This document shows positions 22,901-37,900 of a stretch of DNA of 64,000 bases, piece after piece. Each line of letters opens with the position of its first letter. The stretch's first letter is position 1. Both the position numbers and the translations under genes were made by a program. Below the pieces are notes generated by a model. That model saw only the letters and a list, made by a program, of their open reading frames with translations. It was not told the DNA's origin and did no database searches. Source of the stretch: Eledone cirrhosa (lineage: Eukaryota); NCBI GenBank assembly GCA_964016885.1, contig OZ024742.1:6882001-6946000 (forward strand), read 5' to 3'.

Positions 22901-25900
22901 TCCAGTTCAGCCTCTCTCTGGTAATATACTGTCACCAACATCCAGTTCAGCCTCTCTCTAGTAATATACTGTCACAAACATCCAGTTAAGCCTCTCTCTG
23001 GTAACATACTGTCACCACCATCCAGTTCAGCCTCTCTCTGGTAATATACTATCACCAACATCCAGTTCAGCCTCTCTCTGGTAATATACTGTCACCAACA
23101 TGCAGTTCAGCCTCTCTCTGTTAATATACTGTCACCAACATCCAGTTCAGCTTCTCTCTGGTGATATACTATCACGAACATCCAGTGCAGCCTCTCTATG
23201 GTAAAATACCCTCACCAACATCCAGTTCAGCTTCTCTGTGGTAATATACTGTCACCACCATCCAGTTCAGCCTCTCTCTGGTAATATACTGTCACCAACA
23301 TCCAGTTCAGCCTCTCTCTGGTAATATACTGTCACCAACATCGAGTGCAGCCTCTCTCTGGTGATATACTCTCACCAACATCCAGTTCAGCTTCTCTCTG
23401 GTGATATACTCTCACCAATATCCAGTTCAGATTCTCTCTGGTGATATACTGTCACCAACATCCAGTTCAGCTTCTCTCTGGTAATATACTGTTACCACGA
23501 TCCAGTTCAACTTCTCTCTGCTGATATACTGTCACCAACATCCAGTTTAGTTTCTCTCTGGTAATATACTGTCACCAACATCCAGTTCAGCTTCTCTCCT
23601 GTAATAAACTGTTACCACGATCCAGTTCAACTTCTCTCTGCTGATATACTGTCACCAACATCCAGTTTAGTTTCTCTCTGGTAATATACTGTCAGCAACA
23701 TCCAGTTCCGCCTTTCTCTGGTAATATACTGTCACCAACATCCAGTTCAGCCTCTCTCTGGTAATATACTGTCACCACCATCCAGTTCAGCCTCTCTCTG
23801 GTAATATACTGTCACAAACATCCAGTTCAGCCTCTCTCTGGTAATATACTATCACTACCATCCAGTGCAGCCTCTCTCTGGTAATATACTGTCACAAACA
23901 TCCAGTTCAGCCTCTCTCTGGTAATATACTGTCACTACCATCCAGTTCATCCTCTTTCTGGTAATATACTGTCACCAACATCCAGTTCAGCCTTTCTCTG
24001 GTAATATACTGTCACCAACATCCAGTTCAGCCTCTCTCTGGTAACATACTGTCACCACCATCCAGTTCAGCCTCTCTCTGGTAATATACCGTCACCAACA
24101 TCTAATTCAGCCTCTTTCTGGTAATATACTGTCACCAACATCCAGTTCAGCCTTTCTCTGGTAATATACTGTCACCAACATCCAGTTCAGCCTCTCTCTG
24201 GTAATATACTGTCACCACCATCCAGTTCAGCCTCTCTATGATAATATACTGTCACCAACATCTAGTTCAGCCTCTTTCTGGTAATATACTGTCACCAACA
24301 TCCAGTTCAGCCTTTCTCTGGTAATATACTGTCACCAACATCCAGTTCAGCCTCTCTCTGGTAATATACTGTCACAAACATCCAGTTCAGCCTCTCTCTG
24401 GGAATATACTGTCACTACCATCCAGTTCAGCCTCTCTCTGGTAATATACCGTCACCAACATCCAGTTCTGCTTCTCTCTGGTAATATACTGTCACCAACA
24501 TCCAGTTTAGTTTCTCTCTGGTAATATACTGTCACCAACATCCAGTTCAGCTTCACTCCGGTGATATAGGGTCACCAACATCCAGTTGAATTTCTCTCTG
24601 GTAATATACTGTCACCAACATCCAGTTCAGCCTTTCTCTGGTAATATACTGTCACCAACATCCAGTTCAGCCTCTCTCTGGTAATATACTGTCACTACCA
24701 TCCAGTTCAGCCTCTTTCTGGTAATATACTGTCACCAACATCCAGTTCAGACTTTCTCTGGTAATATACTGTCACCAACATCCAGTTCAGCCTCTCTCTG
24801 GTAATATACTGTCACCACCATCCAGTTCAGCTTCTCTCTGGTAATATACTGTCACAAACATCCAGTTCAGCCTCTCTCTGGTAATATACTGTCACCACCA
24901 TCCAGTTCAGCCTCTCGATGGTAATATACTGTCACCAACATCCAGTTCAGCCTCTCTCTGGTAATATAGTTTTACAAACATACAGTTCAGCCTCTCTCTG
25001 GGAATATACTGTCACTACCATCCAGTTCAGCCTCTCTCTGGTAATATACCGTCACCAACATCTAGTTCAGCCTCTTTCTGGTACTATACTGTCACCAACA
25101 TCCAGTTCAGCCTCTCTGTGGTAATATACTGTCACCAACATCCAGTTCAGCTTCTCTCTGGTCATATACTGTTACCACGATCCAGTTCAGCTCCTCTCTG
25201 GTAATATACTGTCACCAACATCCAGTTGAGCCTCTCTCTGGTAATATACTGTCACCACCATCCAGTTGAGCCTCTCTCTGGTGATATACTGTCACCAACA
25301 TCCAGTTCAGCTTCTCTCTGGTAATATACTGTCACCAACATACAGCTCAGCCTCTCTCTCTTAATATACTATCACCAACATCCAGTTCAGCCTCTCTCTG
25401 GTGATATACTGTCACCAACATCCAGTTCAGCTTCTCTCTGGTGATATACTCTCACCCACATCCAGTTCAGCTTCTCTCTGGTGATATACTGTCAAAAACA
25501 TCCAGTTCAGCTTCTCTCTGGTAATATACTTTTACCACGATCCAGTTCAGCTTCTCTCTGCTAATATACTGTCACCAACATCCAGTTCAGCCTCTCTCTA
25601 GTAATATACTGTCACAAACATCCAGTTAAGCCTCTCTCTGGTAACATACTGTCACCACCATCCAGTTCAGCCTCTCTCTGGTAATATACTGTCACCAACA
25701 TCCAGTTCAGCCTCTCTCTGGTAATATACTGTCACCAACATGCAGTTCAGCCTCTCTCTGTTAATATACTGTCACCAACATCCAGTTCAGCTTCTCTCTG
25801 GTGATATACTATCACGAACATCCAGTGCAGCCTCTCTATGGTAAAATACCCTCACCAACATCCAGTTCAGCTTCTCTGTGGTAATATACTGTCACCACCA

Positions 25901-28900
25901 TCCAGTTCAGCCTCTCTCTGGTAATATACTGTCACCAACATCCAGTTCAGCCTCTCTCTGGTAGTATACTGTCACCAACATCGAGTGCAGCCTCTCTCTG
26001 GTGATATACTCTCACCAACATCCAGTTCCGCTTCTCTCTGGTGATATACTCTCACCAATATCCAGTTCAGATTCTCTCTGGTGATATACTGTCACCAACA
26101 TCCAGTTCAGCCTCTCTCTGGTAATATACTGTCACTACCATCCAGTTCAGCCTCTCTCTGGTAATATACCGTCACCAACATCCAGTTCTGCTTCTCTCTG
26201 GTAATATACTGTCACCAACATCCAGTTTAGTTTCTCTCTGGTAATATACTGTCACCAACATCCAGTTCAGCTTCACTCCGGTGATATAGGGTCACCAACA
26301 TCCAGTTGAATTTCTCTCTGGTAATATACTGTCACCAACATCCAGTTCAGCCTTTCTCTGGTAATATACTGTCACCAACATCCAGTTCAGCCTCTGTCTG
26401 GTAATATATAGTCACCACCATCCAGTTCAGCCTCTCTCTGGTAATACACTGTCACAAACATCCAGTTCAGCCTCTCTCTGGTAATATACTGTCACCACCA
26501 TCCAGTTCAGCCTCTCTCTGGTAATATACTGTCACCAACATCCAGTTCAGCCTCTCTCTGTTAATATACTGTCACCAACATCCAGTTCAGCTTCTCTCTG
26601 GTGATATACTATCACGAACATCCAGTGCAGCCTCTCTATGGTAAAATACCCTCACCAACATCCAGTTCAGCCTCTCTCTGGTAATATACTGTCACCAACA
26701 TCGAGTGCAGCCTCTCTCTGGTGATATACTCTCACCAACATCCAGTTCAGCTTCTCTCTGGTGATATACTCTCACCAATATCCAGTTCAGATTCTCTCTG
26801 GTGATATACTGTCACCAACATCCAGTTCAGCTTCTCTCTGGTAATATACTGTTACCACGATCCAGTTCAACTTCTCTCTGCTGATATACTGTCACCAACA
26901 TCCAGTTTAGTTTCTCTCTGGTAATATACTGTCACCAACATCCAGTTCAGCTTCTCTCCTGTAATAAACTGTTACCACGATCCAGTTCAACTTCTCTCTG
27001 CTGATATACTGTCACCAACATCCAGTTTAGTTTCTCTCTGGTAATATACTGTCAGCAACATCCAGTTCCGCCTTTCTCTGGTAATATACTGTCACCAACA
27101 TCCAGTTCAGCCTCTCTCTGGTAATATACTGTCACCACCATCCAGTTCAGCCTCTCTCTGGTAATATACTGTCACAAACATCCAGTTCAGCCTCTCTCTG
27201 GTAATATACTATCACTACCATCCAGTGCAGCCTCTCTCTGGTAATATACTGTCACAAACATCCAGTTCAGCCTCTCTCTGGTAATATACTGTCACTACCA
27301 TCCAGTTCATCCTCTTTCTGGTAATATACTGTCACCAACATCCAGTTCAGCCTTTCTCTGGTAATATACTGTCACCAACATCCAGTTCAGCCTCTCTCTG
27401 GTAATATACTGTCACCACCATCCAGTTCAGCCTCTCTATGATAATATACTGTCACCAACATCTAGTTCAGCCTCTTTCTGGTAATATACTGTCACCAACA
27501 TCCAGTTCAGCCTTTCTCTGGTAATATACTGTCACCAACATCCAGTTCAGCCTCTCTCTGGTAATATACTGTCACAAACATCCAGTTCAGCCTCTCTCTG
27601 GGAATATACTGTCACTACCATCCAGTTCAGCCTCTCTCTGGTAATATACCGTCACCAACATCCAGTTCTGCTTCTCTCTGGTAATATACTGTCACCAACA
27701 TCCAGTTTAGTTTCTCTCTGGTAATATACTGTCACCAACATCCAGTTCAGCTTCACTCCGGTGATATAGGGTCACCAACATCCAGTTGAATTTCTCTCTG
27801 GTAATATACTGTCACCAACATCCAGTTCAGCCTTTCTCTGGTAATATACTGTCACCAACATCCAGTTCAGCCTCTCTCTGGTAATATACTGTCACTACCA
27901 TCCAGTTCAGCCTCTTTCTGGTAATATACTGTCACCAACATCCAGTTCAGACTTTCTCTGGTAATATACTGTCACCAACATCCAGTTCAGCCTCTCTCTG
28001 GTAATATACTGTCACCACCATCCAGTTCAGCTTCTCTCTGGTAATATACTGTCACAAACATCCAGTTCAGCCTCTCTCTGGTAATATACTGTCACCACCA
28101 TCCAGTTCAGCCTCTCGATGGTAATATACTGTCACCAACATCCAGTTCAGCCTCTCTCTGGTAATATAGTTTTACAAACATACAGTTCAGCCTCTCTCTG
28201 GGAATATACTGTCACTACCATCCAGTTCAGCCTCTCTCTGGTAATATACCGTCACCAACATCTAGTTCAGCCTCTTTCTGGTACTATACTGTCACCAACA
28301 TCCAGTTCAGCCTCTCTGTGGTAATATACTGTCACCAACATCCAGTTCAGCTTCTCTCTGGTCATATACTGTTACCACGATCCAGTTCAGCTCCTCTCTG
28401 GTAATATACTGTCACCAACATCCAGTTGAGCCTCTCTCTGGTAATATACTGTCACCACCATCCAGTTGAGCCTCTCTCTGGTGATATACTGTCACCAACA
28501 TCCAGTTCAGCTTCTCTCTGGTAATATACTGTCACCAACATACAGCTCAGCCTCTCTCTCTTAATATACTATCACCAACATCCAGTTCAGCCTCTCTCTG
28601 GTGATATACTGTCACCAACATCCAGTTCAGCTTCTCTCTGGTGATATACTCTCACCAACATCCAGTTCAGCCTCTCTCTGGTGATATACTGTCAAAAACA
28701 TCCAGTTCAGCTTCTCTCTGGTAATATACTTTTACCACGATCCAGTTCTGCTTCTCTCTGCTAATATACTGTCACCAACATCCAGTTCAGCCTCTCTCTA
28801 GTAATATACTGTCACAAACATCCAGTTAAGCCTCTCTCTGGTAACATACTGTCACCACCATCCAGTTCAGCCTCTCTCTGGTAATATACTGTCACCACCA

Positions 28901-31900
28901 TCCAGTTCAGCCTCTCTCTGGTAATATACTGTCACCAACATCCAGTTCAGCTTCTCTCTGGTAATATACTGTCACCAACATCGAGTGCAGCCTCTCTCTG
29001 GTGATATACTGTCACCAACATCCAGTTCAGCCTCTCTCTGGTAATATACTGTCACTACCATCCAGTTCAGCCTCTCTCTGGTAATATACCGTCACCAACA
29101 TCCAGTTCTGCTTCTCTCTGGTAATATACTGTCACCAACATCCAGTTTAGTTTCTCTCTGGTAATATACTGTCACCAACATCCAGTTCAGCTTCACTCCG
29201 GTGATATAGGGTCACCAACATCCAGTTGAATTTCTCTCTGGTAATATACTGTCACCAACATCCAGTTCAGCCTTTCTCTGGTAATATACTGTCACCAACA
29301 TCCAGTTCAGCCTCTCTCTGGTAATATATAGTCACCACCATCCAGTTCAGCCTCTCTCTGGTAATACACTGTCACAAACATCCAGTTCAGCCTCTCTCTG
29401 GTAATATACTGTCACTACCATCCAGTTCAGCCTCTTTCTGGTAATATACTGTCACCAACATCCAGTTCAGACTTTCTCTGGTAATATACTGTCACCAACA
29501 TCCAGTTCAGCCTCTCTCTGGTAATATACTGTCACCACCATCCAGTTCAGCTTCTCTCTGGTAATATACTGTCACAAACATCCAGTTCAGCCTCTCTCTG
29601 GTAATATACTGTCACCACCATCCAGTTAAGCCTCTCGATGGTAATATACTGTCACCAACATCCAGTTCAGCCTCTCTCTGGTAATATAGTTTTACAAACA
29701 TACAGTTCAGCCTCTCTCTGGGAATATACTGTCACTACCATCCAGTTCAGCCTCTCTCTGGTAATATACCGTCACCAACATCTAGTTCAGCCTCTTTCTG
29801 GTACTATACTGTCACCAACATCCAGTTCAGCCTCTCTGTGGTAATATACTGTCACCAACATCCAGTTCAGCTTCTCTCTGGTCATATACTGTTACCACGA
29901 TCCAGTTCAGCTCCTCTCTGGTAATATACTGTCACCAACATCCAGTTGAGCCTCTCTCTGGTAATATACTGTCACCACCATCCAGTTGAGCCTCTCTCTG
30001 GTGATATACTGTCACCAACATCCAGTTCAGCTTCTCTCTGGTAATATACTGTCACCAACATACAGCTCAGCCTCTCTCTCTTAATATACTATCACCAAAA
30101 TCCAGTTCAGCCTCTCTCTGGTGATATACTGTCACCAACATCCAGTTCAGCTTCTCTCTGGTGATATACTCTCACCAACATCCAGTTCAGCTTCTCTCTG
30201 GTGATATACTGTCAAAAACATCCAGTTCAGCTTCTCTCTGGTAATATACTTTTACCACGATCCAGTTCAGCTTCTCTCTGCTAATATACTGTCACCAACA
30301 TCCAGTTCAGCCTCTCTCTGGTAATATACTGTCACCACCATCCAGTTCAGCCTCTCTCTGGTAATATACTGTCACAAACATCCAGTTAAGCCTCTCTCTG
30401 GTAACATACTCTCACCACCATCCAGTTCAGCCTCTCTCTGGTAATATACTGTCACCAACATCCAGTTCAGCCTCTCTCTGGTAATATACTGTCACCAACA
30501 TGCAGTTCAGCCTCTCTCTGTTAATATACTGTCACCAACATCCAGTTCAGCTTCTCTCTGGTGATATACTATCACGAACATCCAGTGCAGCCTCTCTATG
30601 GTAAAATACCCTCACCAACATCCAGTTCAGCTTCTCTGTGGTAATATACTGTCACCACCATCCAGTTCAGCCTCTCTCTGGTAATATACTGTCACCAACA
30701 TCCAGTTCAGCCTCTCTCTGGTAAAATACTGTCACCAACATCCAGTGCAGCCTCTCTCTGGTGATATACTCTCACCAACATCCAGTTCAGCTTCTCTCTG
30801 GTGATATACTCTCACCAATATCCAGTTCAGATTCTCTCTGGTGATATACTGTCACCAACATCCAGTTCAGCTTCTCTCTGGTAATATACTGTTACCACGA
30901 TCCAGTCCAACTTCTCTCTGCTGATATACTGTCACCAACATCCAGTTTAGTTTCTCTCTGGTAATATACTGTCACCAACATCCAGTTCAGCTTCTCTCTG
31001 GTAATAAACTGTTACCACGATCCAGTTCAACTTCTCTCTGCTGATATACTGTCACCAACATCCAGTTTAGTTTCTCTCTGGTAATATACTGTCACCAACA
31101 TCCAGTTCAGCTTCTCTCTGGTAATATACTGTCACCAACATCCAGTTTAGTTTCTCTCTGGTAATATAGTGTCTCCAACATCTAGTACAGCCTCTCTCTG
31201 GTAATATACTGTCACCAACATCCAGTTCAGCTTCACTCCGGTGATATACGGTCACCAACATCCAGTTCAATTTCTCTCTGGTAATATACTGTCACCAACA
31301 TCCAGTTCCGCCTTTCTCTGGTAATATACTGTCACCAACATCCAGTTCAGCCTCTCTCTGGTAATATACTGTCAGCACCATCCAGTTCAGCCTCTCGCTG
31401 GTAATATACTGTCACAAACATCCAGTTCAGCCTCTCTCTGGTAATATACTGTCACTACCATCCAGTTCAGCCTCTCTCTGGTAATATACTGTCACCACCA
31501 TCCAGTTCAGCCTCTCTCTGGTAATATACTGTCACAAACATCCAGATCAGTCTCTCTCTGGTAATATACTGTCACTACCATCCAGTTCAGCCTCTTTCTG
31601 GTAATATACTGTCACCAACATCCAGTTCAGCCTTTCTCTGGTAATATACTGTCACCAACATCCAGTTCAGCCTCTCTCTGGAAACATACTGTCACCACCA
31701 TCCAGTTCAGCCTCTCTCAGGTAATATACCGTCACCAACATCTAGTTCAGACTCTTTCTGGTAATATACTGTCACCACCATCCAGTTCAGCTTATCTCTG
31801 TTAATATACTGTCACCAACACCCAGTTCAGCTTCTCTCTGTTAATATACTGTCACCAACACACAGTACAGCTTCTCTCTGGTGATATACTGTCACCAACA

Positions 31901-34900
31901 TCCAGTTCAGCTTCTCTCTTGTAATATACTGTCACCAACATCCAGTTCAGCTTCTCTCTGGTCATATACTGTTACCACGATCCAGTTCAGCTCCTCTCTG
32001 GTAATATACTGTCACCAACATCCAGTTGAGCCTCTCTCTGGTAATATACTGTCACCACCATCCAGTTGAGCCTCTCTCTGGTGATATACTGTCACCAACA
32101 TCCAGTTCAGCTTCTCTCTGGTAATATACTGTCACCAACATACAGCTCAGCCTCTCTCTCTTAATATACTATCACCAACATCCAGTTCAGCCTCTCTCTG
32201 GTGATATACTCTCACCAACATCCAGTTCAGCTTCTCTCTGGTGATATACTGTCAAAAACATCCAGTTCAGCTTCTCTCTGGTAATATACTTTTACCACGA
32301 TCCAGTTCAGCTTCTCTCTGCTAATATACTGTCACCAACATCCAGTTCAGCCTCTCGCTGGTAATATACTGTCACCAACATCCAGTTCAGCTTCTCTCTG
32401 GTAATATACTGTTACCACCATCCAGTTCAGCCTCTCTCTGGTAATATACTGTCACCGACACACAGTCCAGCTTCTCTCTGTTAATATACTGTCAGCAACA
32501 TCCAGTTCAGCTTCTCTCTGGTAATATACTGTCACCAACACACAGTTCAGCTTCTCTCTGGTGATATACTGTCACCAACATCCAGTTCAGCTTCTCTCTG
32601 GTAATATACTGTCACCAACATCCAGTTTAGTTTCTCTCTGGTAATATAGTGTCACCAACATCTAGTACAGCCTCTCTCTGGTGATATACTGTCACCAACA
32701 TCCAGTTCAGCTTCATTCCGGTGATATACGGTCACCAACATCCAGTTCAGCCTTTCTCTGGTAATATACTGTCACCACCATCCAGTTCAGCCTCTCTCTG
32801 GTAATATACTGTCACCACCATCCAGTTCAGCCTCTCTCTGGTAATATACTGTCACAAACATCCAGTTCAGCCTCTCTCTGGTAATATACTATCACTACCA
32901 TCCAGTTCAGCCTCTCTCTGGTAATATACTGTCACAAACATCCAGTTCAGCCTCTCTCTGGTAATATACTGTCACTACCATCCAGTTCAGCCTCTTTCTG
33001 GTAATATACTGTCACCAACATCCAGTTCAGCCTTTCTCTGGTAATATACTGTCACCAACATCCAGTTCAGCCTCTCTCTGGTAACATACTGTCACCACCA
33101 TCCAGTTCAGCCTCTCTCTGGTAATATACCGTCACCAACATCTAATTCAGCCTCTTTCTGGTAATATACTGTCACCAACATCCAGTTCAGCCTTTCTCTG
33201 GTAATATACTGTCACCAACATCCAGTTCAGCCTCTCTCTGGTAATATACTGTCACCACCATCCAGTTCAGCCTCTCTATGGTAATATACTGTCACCAACA
33301 TCTAGTTCAGCCTCTTTCTGGTAATATACTGTCACCAACATCCAGTTCAGCCTTTCTCTGGTAATATACTGTCACCAACATCCAGTTCAGCCTCTCTCTG
33401 GTAATATACTGTCACAAACATCCAGTTCAGCCTCTCTCTGGGAATATACTGTCACTACCATCCAGTTCAGCCTCTCTCTGGTAATATGCCGTCACCAACA
33501 TCCAGTTCTGCTTCTCTCTGGTAATATACTGTCACCAACATCCAGTTTAGTTTCTCTCTGGTAATATACTGTCACCAACATCCAGTTCAGCTTCACTCCG
33601 GTGATATAGGGTCACCAACATCCAGTTGAATTTCTCTCTGGTAATATACTGTCACCAACATCCAGTTCAGCCTTTCTCTGGTAATATACTGTCACCAACA
33701 TCCAGTTCAGCCTCTCTCTGGTAATATACTGTCACCCCCATCCAGTTCAGCCTCTCTCTGGTAATACACTGTCACAAACATCCAGTTCAGCCTCTCTCTG
33801 GTAATATACTGTCACTACCATCCAGTTCAGCCTCTTTCTGGTAATATACTGTCACCAACATCCAGTTCAGACTTTCTCTGGTAATATACTGTCACCAACA
33901 TCCAGTTCAGCCTCTCTCTGGTAATATACTGTCACCACCATCCAGTTCAGCTTCTCTCTGGTAATATACTGTCACAAACATCCAGTTCAGCCTCTCTCTG
34001 GTAATATACTGTCACTACCATCCAGTTCAGCCTCTTTCTGGTAATATACCGTCACCAACATCCAGTTCAGCCTTTCTCTGGTAATATACTGTCACCAACA
34101 TCCAGTTCAGCCTCTCTCTGGTAACATACTGTCACCAACATCCAGTTCAGCCTCTCTCTGGTAATATACCGTCACCAACATCTAGTTCAGCCTCTTTCTG
34201 GTAATATACTGTCACCAACATCCAGTTCAGCCTTTCTCTGGTAATATAGTTTCACCAACATCCAGTTCAGCCTCTCTCTGGTAATATACTGTCACCACCA
34301 TCCAGTTCAGCCTCTCGATGGTAATATACTGTCACCAACATCTAGTTCAGCCTCTTTCTGGTAATATACTGTCACCAACATCCAGTTCAGCCTTTCTCTG
34401 GTAATATACTGTCACCAACATCCAGTTCAGCCTCTCTCTGGTAATATAGTTTTACAAACATACAGTTCAGCCTCTCTCTGGGAATATACTGTCACTACCA
34501 TCCAGTTCAGCCTCTCTCTGGTAATATACCGTCACCAACATCTAGTTCAGCCTCTTTCTGGTACTATACTGTCACCAACATCCAGTTCAGCTTCTCTCTG
34601 GTAATATACTTTTACCACGATCCAGTTCAGCTTCTCTCTGCTAATATACTGTCACCAACATCCAGTTCAGCCTCTCGCTGGTAATATACTGTCACCAACA
34701 TCCAGTTCAGCTTCTCTCTGATAATATACTGTTACCACCATCCAGTTCAGCCTCTCTCTGGTAATATACTGTCACCGACACACAGTCCAGCTTCTCTCTG
34801 TTAATATACTGTCAGCAACATCCAGTTCAGCTTCTCTCTGGTAATATACTGTCACCAACACACAGTTCAGCTTCTCTCTGGTGATATACTGTCACCAACA

Positions 34901-37900
34901 TCCAGTTCAGCTTCTCTCTGGTAATATACTGTCACCAACATCCAGTTTAGTTTCTATCTGGTAATATAGTGTCACCAACATCTAGTACAGCCTCTCTCTG
35001 GTGATATACTGTCACCAACATCCAGTTCAGCTTCACTCCGATGATATACGGTCACCAACATCCAGTTCAGCCTTTCTCTGGTAATATACTGTCACCACCA
35101 TCCAGTTCAGCCTCTCTATGGTAATATACTGTCACCACCATCCAGTTCAGCCTCTCTCTGGTAATATACTGTCACAAACATCCAGTTCAGCCTCTCTCTG
35201 GTAATATACTATCACTACCATCCAGTCCAGCCTCTCTCTGGTAATATACTGTCACAAACATCCAGTTCAGCCTCTCTCTGGTAATATACTGTCACTACCA
35301 TCCAGTTCAGCCTCTTTCTGGTAATATACTGTCACCAACATCCAGTTCAGCCTTTCTCTGGTAATATACTGTCACCAACATCCAGTTCAGCCTCTCTCTG
35401 GTAATATACTGTCACCACCATCCAGTTCAGCCTCTCTATGGTAATATACTATCACTACCATCCAGTTCAGCCTCTCTCTGGTAATATACTGTCACCACCA
35501 TCCAGTTCAGCCTCTCTCTGGTAATATACTGTCACAAACATCCAGTTCAGCCTCTCTCTGGTAATATACTGTCACTACCATCCAGTTCAGCCTCTTTCTG
35601 GTAATATACTGTCACCAACATCCAGTTCAGCCTTTCTCTGGTAATATACTGTCACCAACATCCAGTTCAGCCTCTCTCTGGTAACATACTGTCACCACCA
35701 TCCAGTTCAGCCTCTTTCTGGTAATATACCGCCACCAACATCTAATTCAGCCTCTTTCTGGTAATATACTGTCACCAACATCCAGTTCAGCCTTTCTCTG
35801 GTAATATACTGTCACCAACATCCAGTTCAGACTCTCTCTGGTAATATACTGTCACCACCATCCAGTTCAGCCTCTCTATGGTAATATACTGTCACCAACA
35901 TCCAGTTCTGCTTCTCTCTGGTAATATACTGTCACCAACATCCAGTTCAGCTTCACTCCGGTGATATAGGGTCACCAACATCCAGTTGAATTTCTCTCTG
36001 GTAATATACTGTCACCAACATCCAGTTCAGCCTTTCTATGGTAATATACTGTCACCAACATCCAGTTCAGCCTCTCTCTGGTAATATACTGTCACCACCA
36101 TCCAGTTCAGCCTCTCTCTGGTAATACACTGTCACAAACATCCAGTTCAGCCTCTCTCTGGTAATATACTGTCACTACCATCCAGTTCAGCCTCTTTCTG
36201 GTAATATACTGTCACCAACATCCAGTTCAGACTTTCTCTGGTAATATACTGTCACCAACATCCAGTTCAGCCTCTCTCTGGTAATATACTGTCACCACCA
36301 TCCAGTTCAGCTTCTCTCTGGTAATATACTGTCACAAACATCCAGTTCAGCCTCTCTCTGGTAATATACTGTCACTACCATCCAGTTCAGCCTCTTTCTG
36401 GTAATATACTGTCACCAACATCCAGTTCAGCCTTTCTCTGGTAATATACTGTCACCAACATCCAGTTCAGCCTCTCTCTGGTAACATACTGTCACCAACA
36501 TCCAGTTCAGCCTCTCTCTGGTAATATACCGTCACCAACATCTAGTTCAGCCTCTTTCTGGTAATATACTGTCACCAACATCCAGTTCAGCCTTTCTCTG
36601 GTAATATAGTTTCACCAACATCCAGTTCAGCCTCTCTCTGGTAATATACTGTCACCACCATCCAGTTCAGCCTCTCGATGGTAATATACTGTCACCAACA
36701 TCTAGTTCAGCCTCTTTCTGGTAATATACTGTCACCAACATCCAGTTCAGCCTTTCTCTGGTAATATACTCTCACCAACATCCAGTTCAGCCTCTCTCTG
36801 GTAATATAGTTTTACAAACATACAGTTCAGCCTCTCTCTGGGAATATACTGTCACTACCATCCAGTTCAGCCTCTCTCTGGTAATATACCGTCACCAACA
36901 TCTAGTTCAGCCTCTTTCTGGTACTATACTGTCACCAACATCCAGTTCAGCCTCTCTGTAGTAATATACTGTCACCAACATACAGTTCAGCCTCTCTCTG
37001 GTACTATACTCTCAACAACATGCAGTTCAGCCGCTCTCTGGTAATATACTCTCACCAACATCCAGTTCAGCTTCTCTCTGGTAATATACTGTCACCAACA
37101 TCCAGTTCAGCTTCTCTCTGGTAATATACTCTCACCAACATCCAGTTCAGCTTCTCTCTGTTAATATACTGTCAGCAACACCCAGTTCAGCTGCTCTCTG
37201 GTGATATACTGTCACCAACATCCATTTCAGCTCCTCTCTGGTAATATACTGTCAACGCCATCCAGTTCAGCTTCTCTCTGGTAATATACTGTCACCAACA
37301 TCCAGTTCAGCCTCTCTCTGGTAATATACTGTCAGCAACATCCAGTTCAGCTTCTCTCTGGTGATAAACTGTCAAAAGCATCCAGTTCAGCTTCTCTCTG
37401 CTAATATACTGTCACCAACATCCAGTTCAGCCTCTCTCTGGTAATATACTGTCACCAACATCCAGTTCAGCTTCTCTCTGGTAATATACTGTCACCACCA
37501 TCCAGTTCAGCCTCTCTCTGGTAATATACTGTCACCGACACCCAGTCCAGCTTCTCTCTGTTAATATACTGTCACCAACATCCAGTTCAGCTTCTCTCTG
37601 GTAATATACTGTCACCAACACCCAGTTCAGCTTCTCTCTGTTAATATACTGTCACCGACACACAGTTCAGCTTCTCTCTCGTGATATACTGTCACCAACA
37701 TCCAGTTCAGCTTCTCTCTGGTAATATACTGTCACCAACATCCAGTTTAGTTTCTCTCTGGTAATATAGTGTCACCAACATCTAGTACAGCCTCTCTCTG
37801 GTAATATACTGTCACCAACATCCAGTTCAGCTTCACTCCGGTGATATACGATCACCAACATCCAGTTCAATTTCTCTCTGGTAATATACTGTCACCAACA

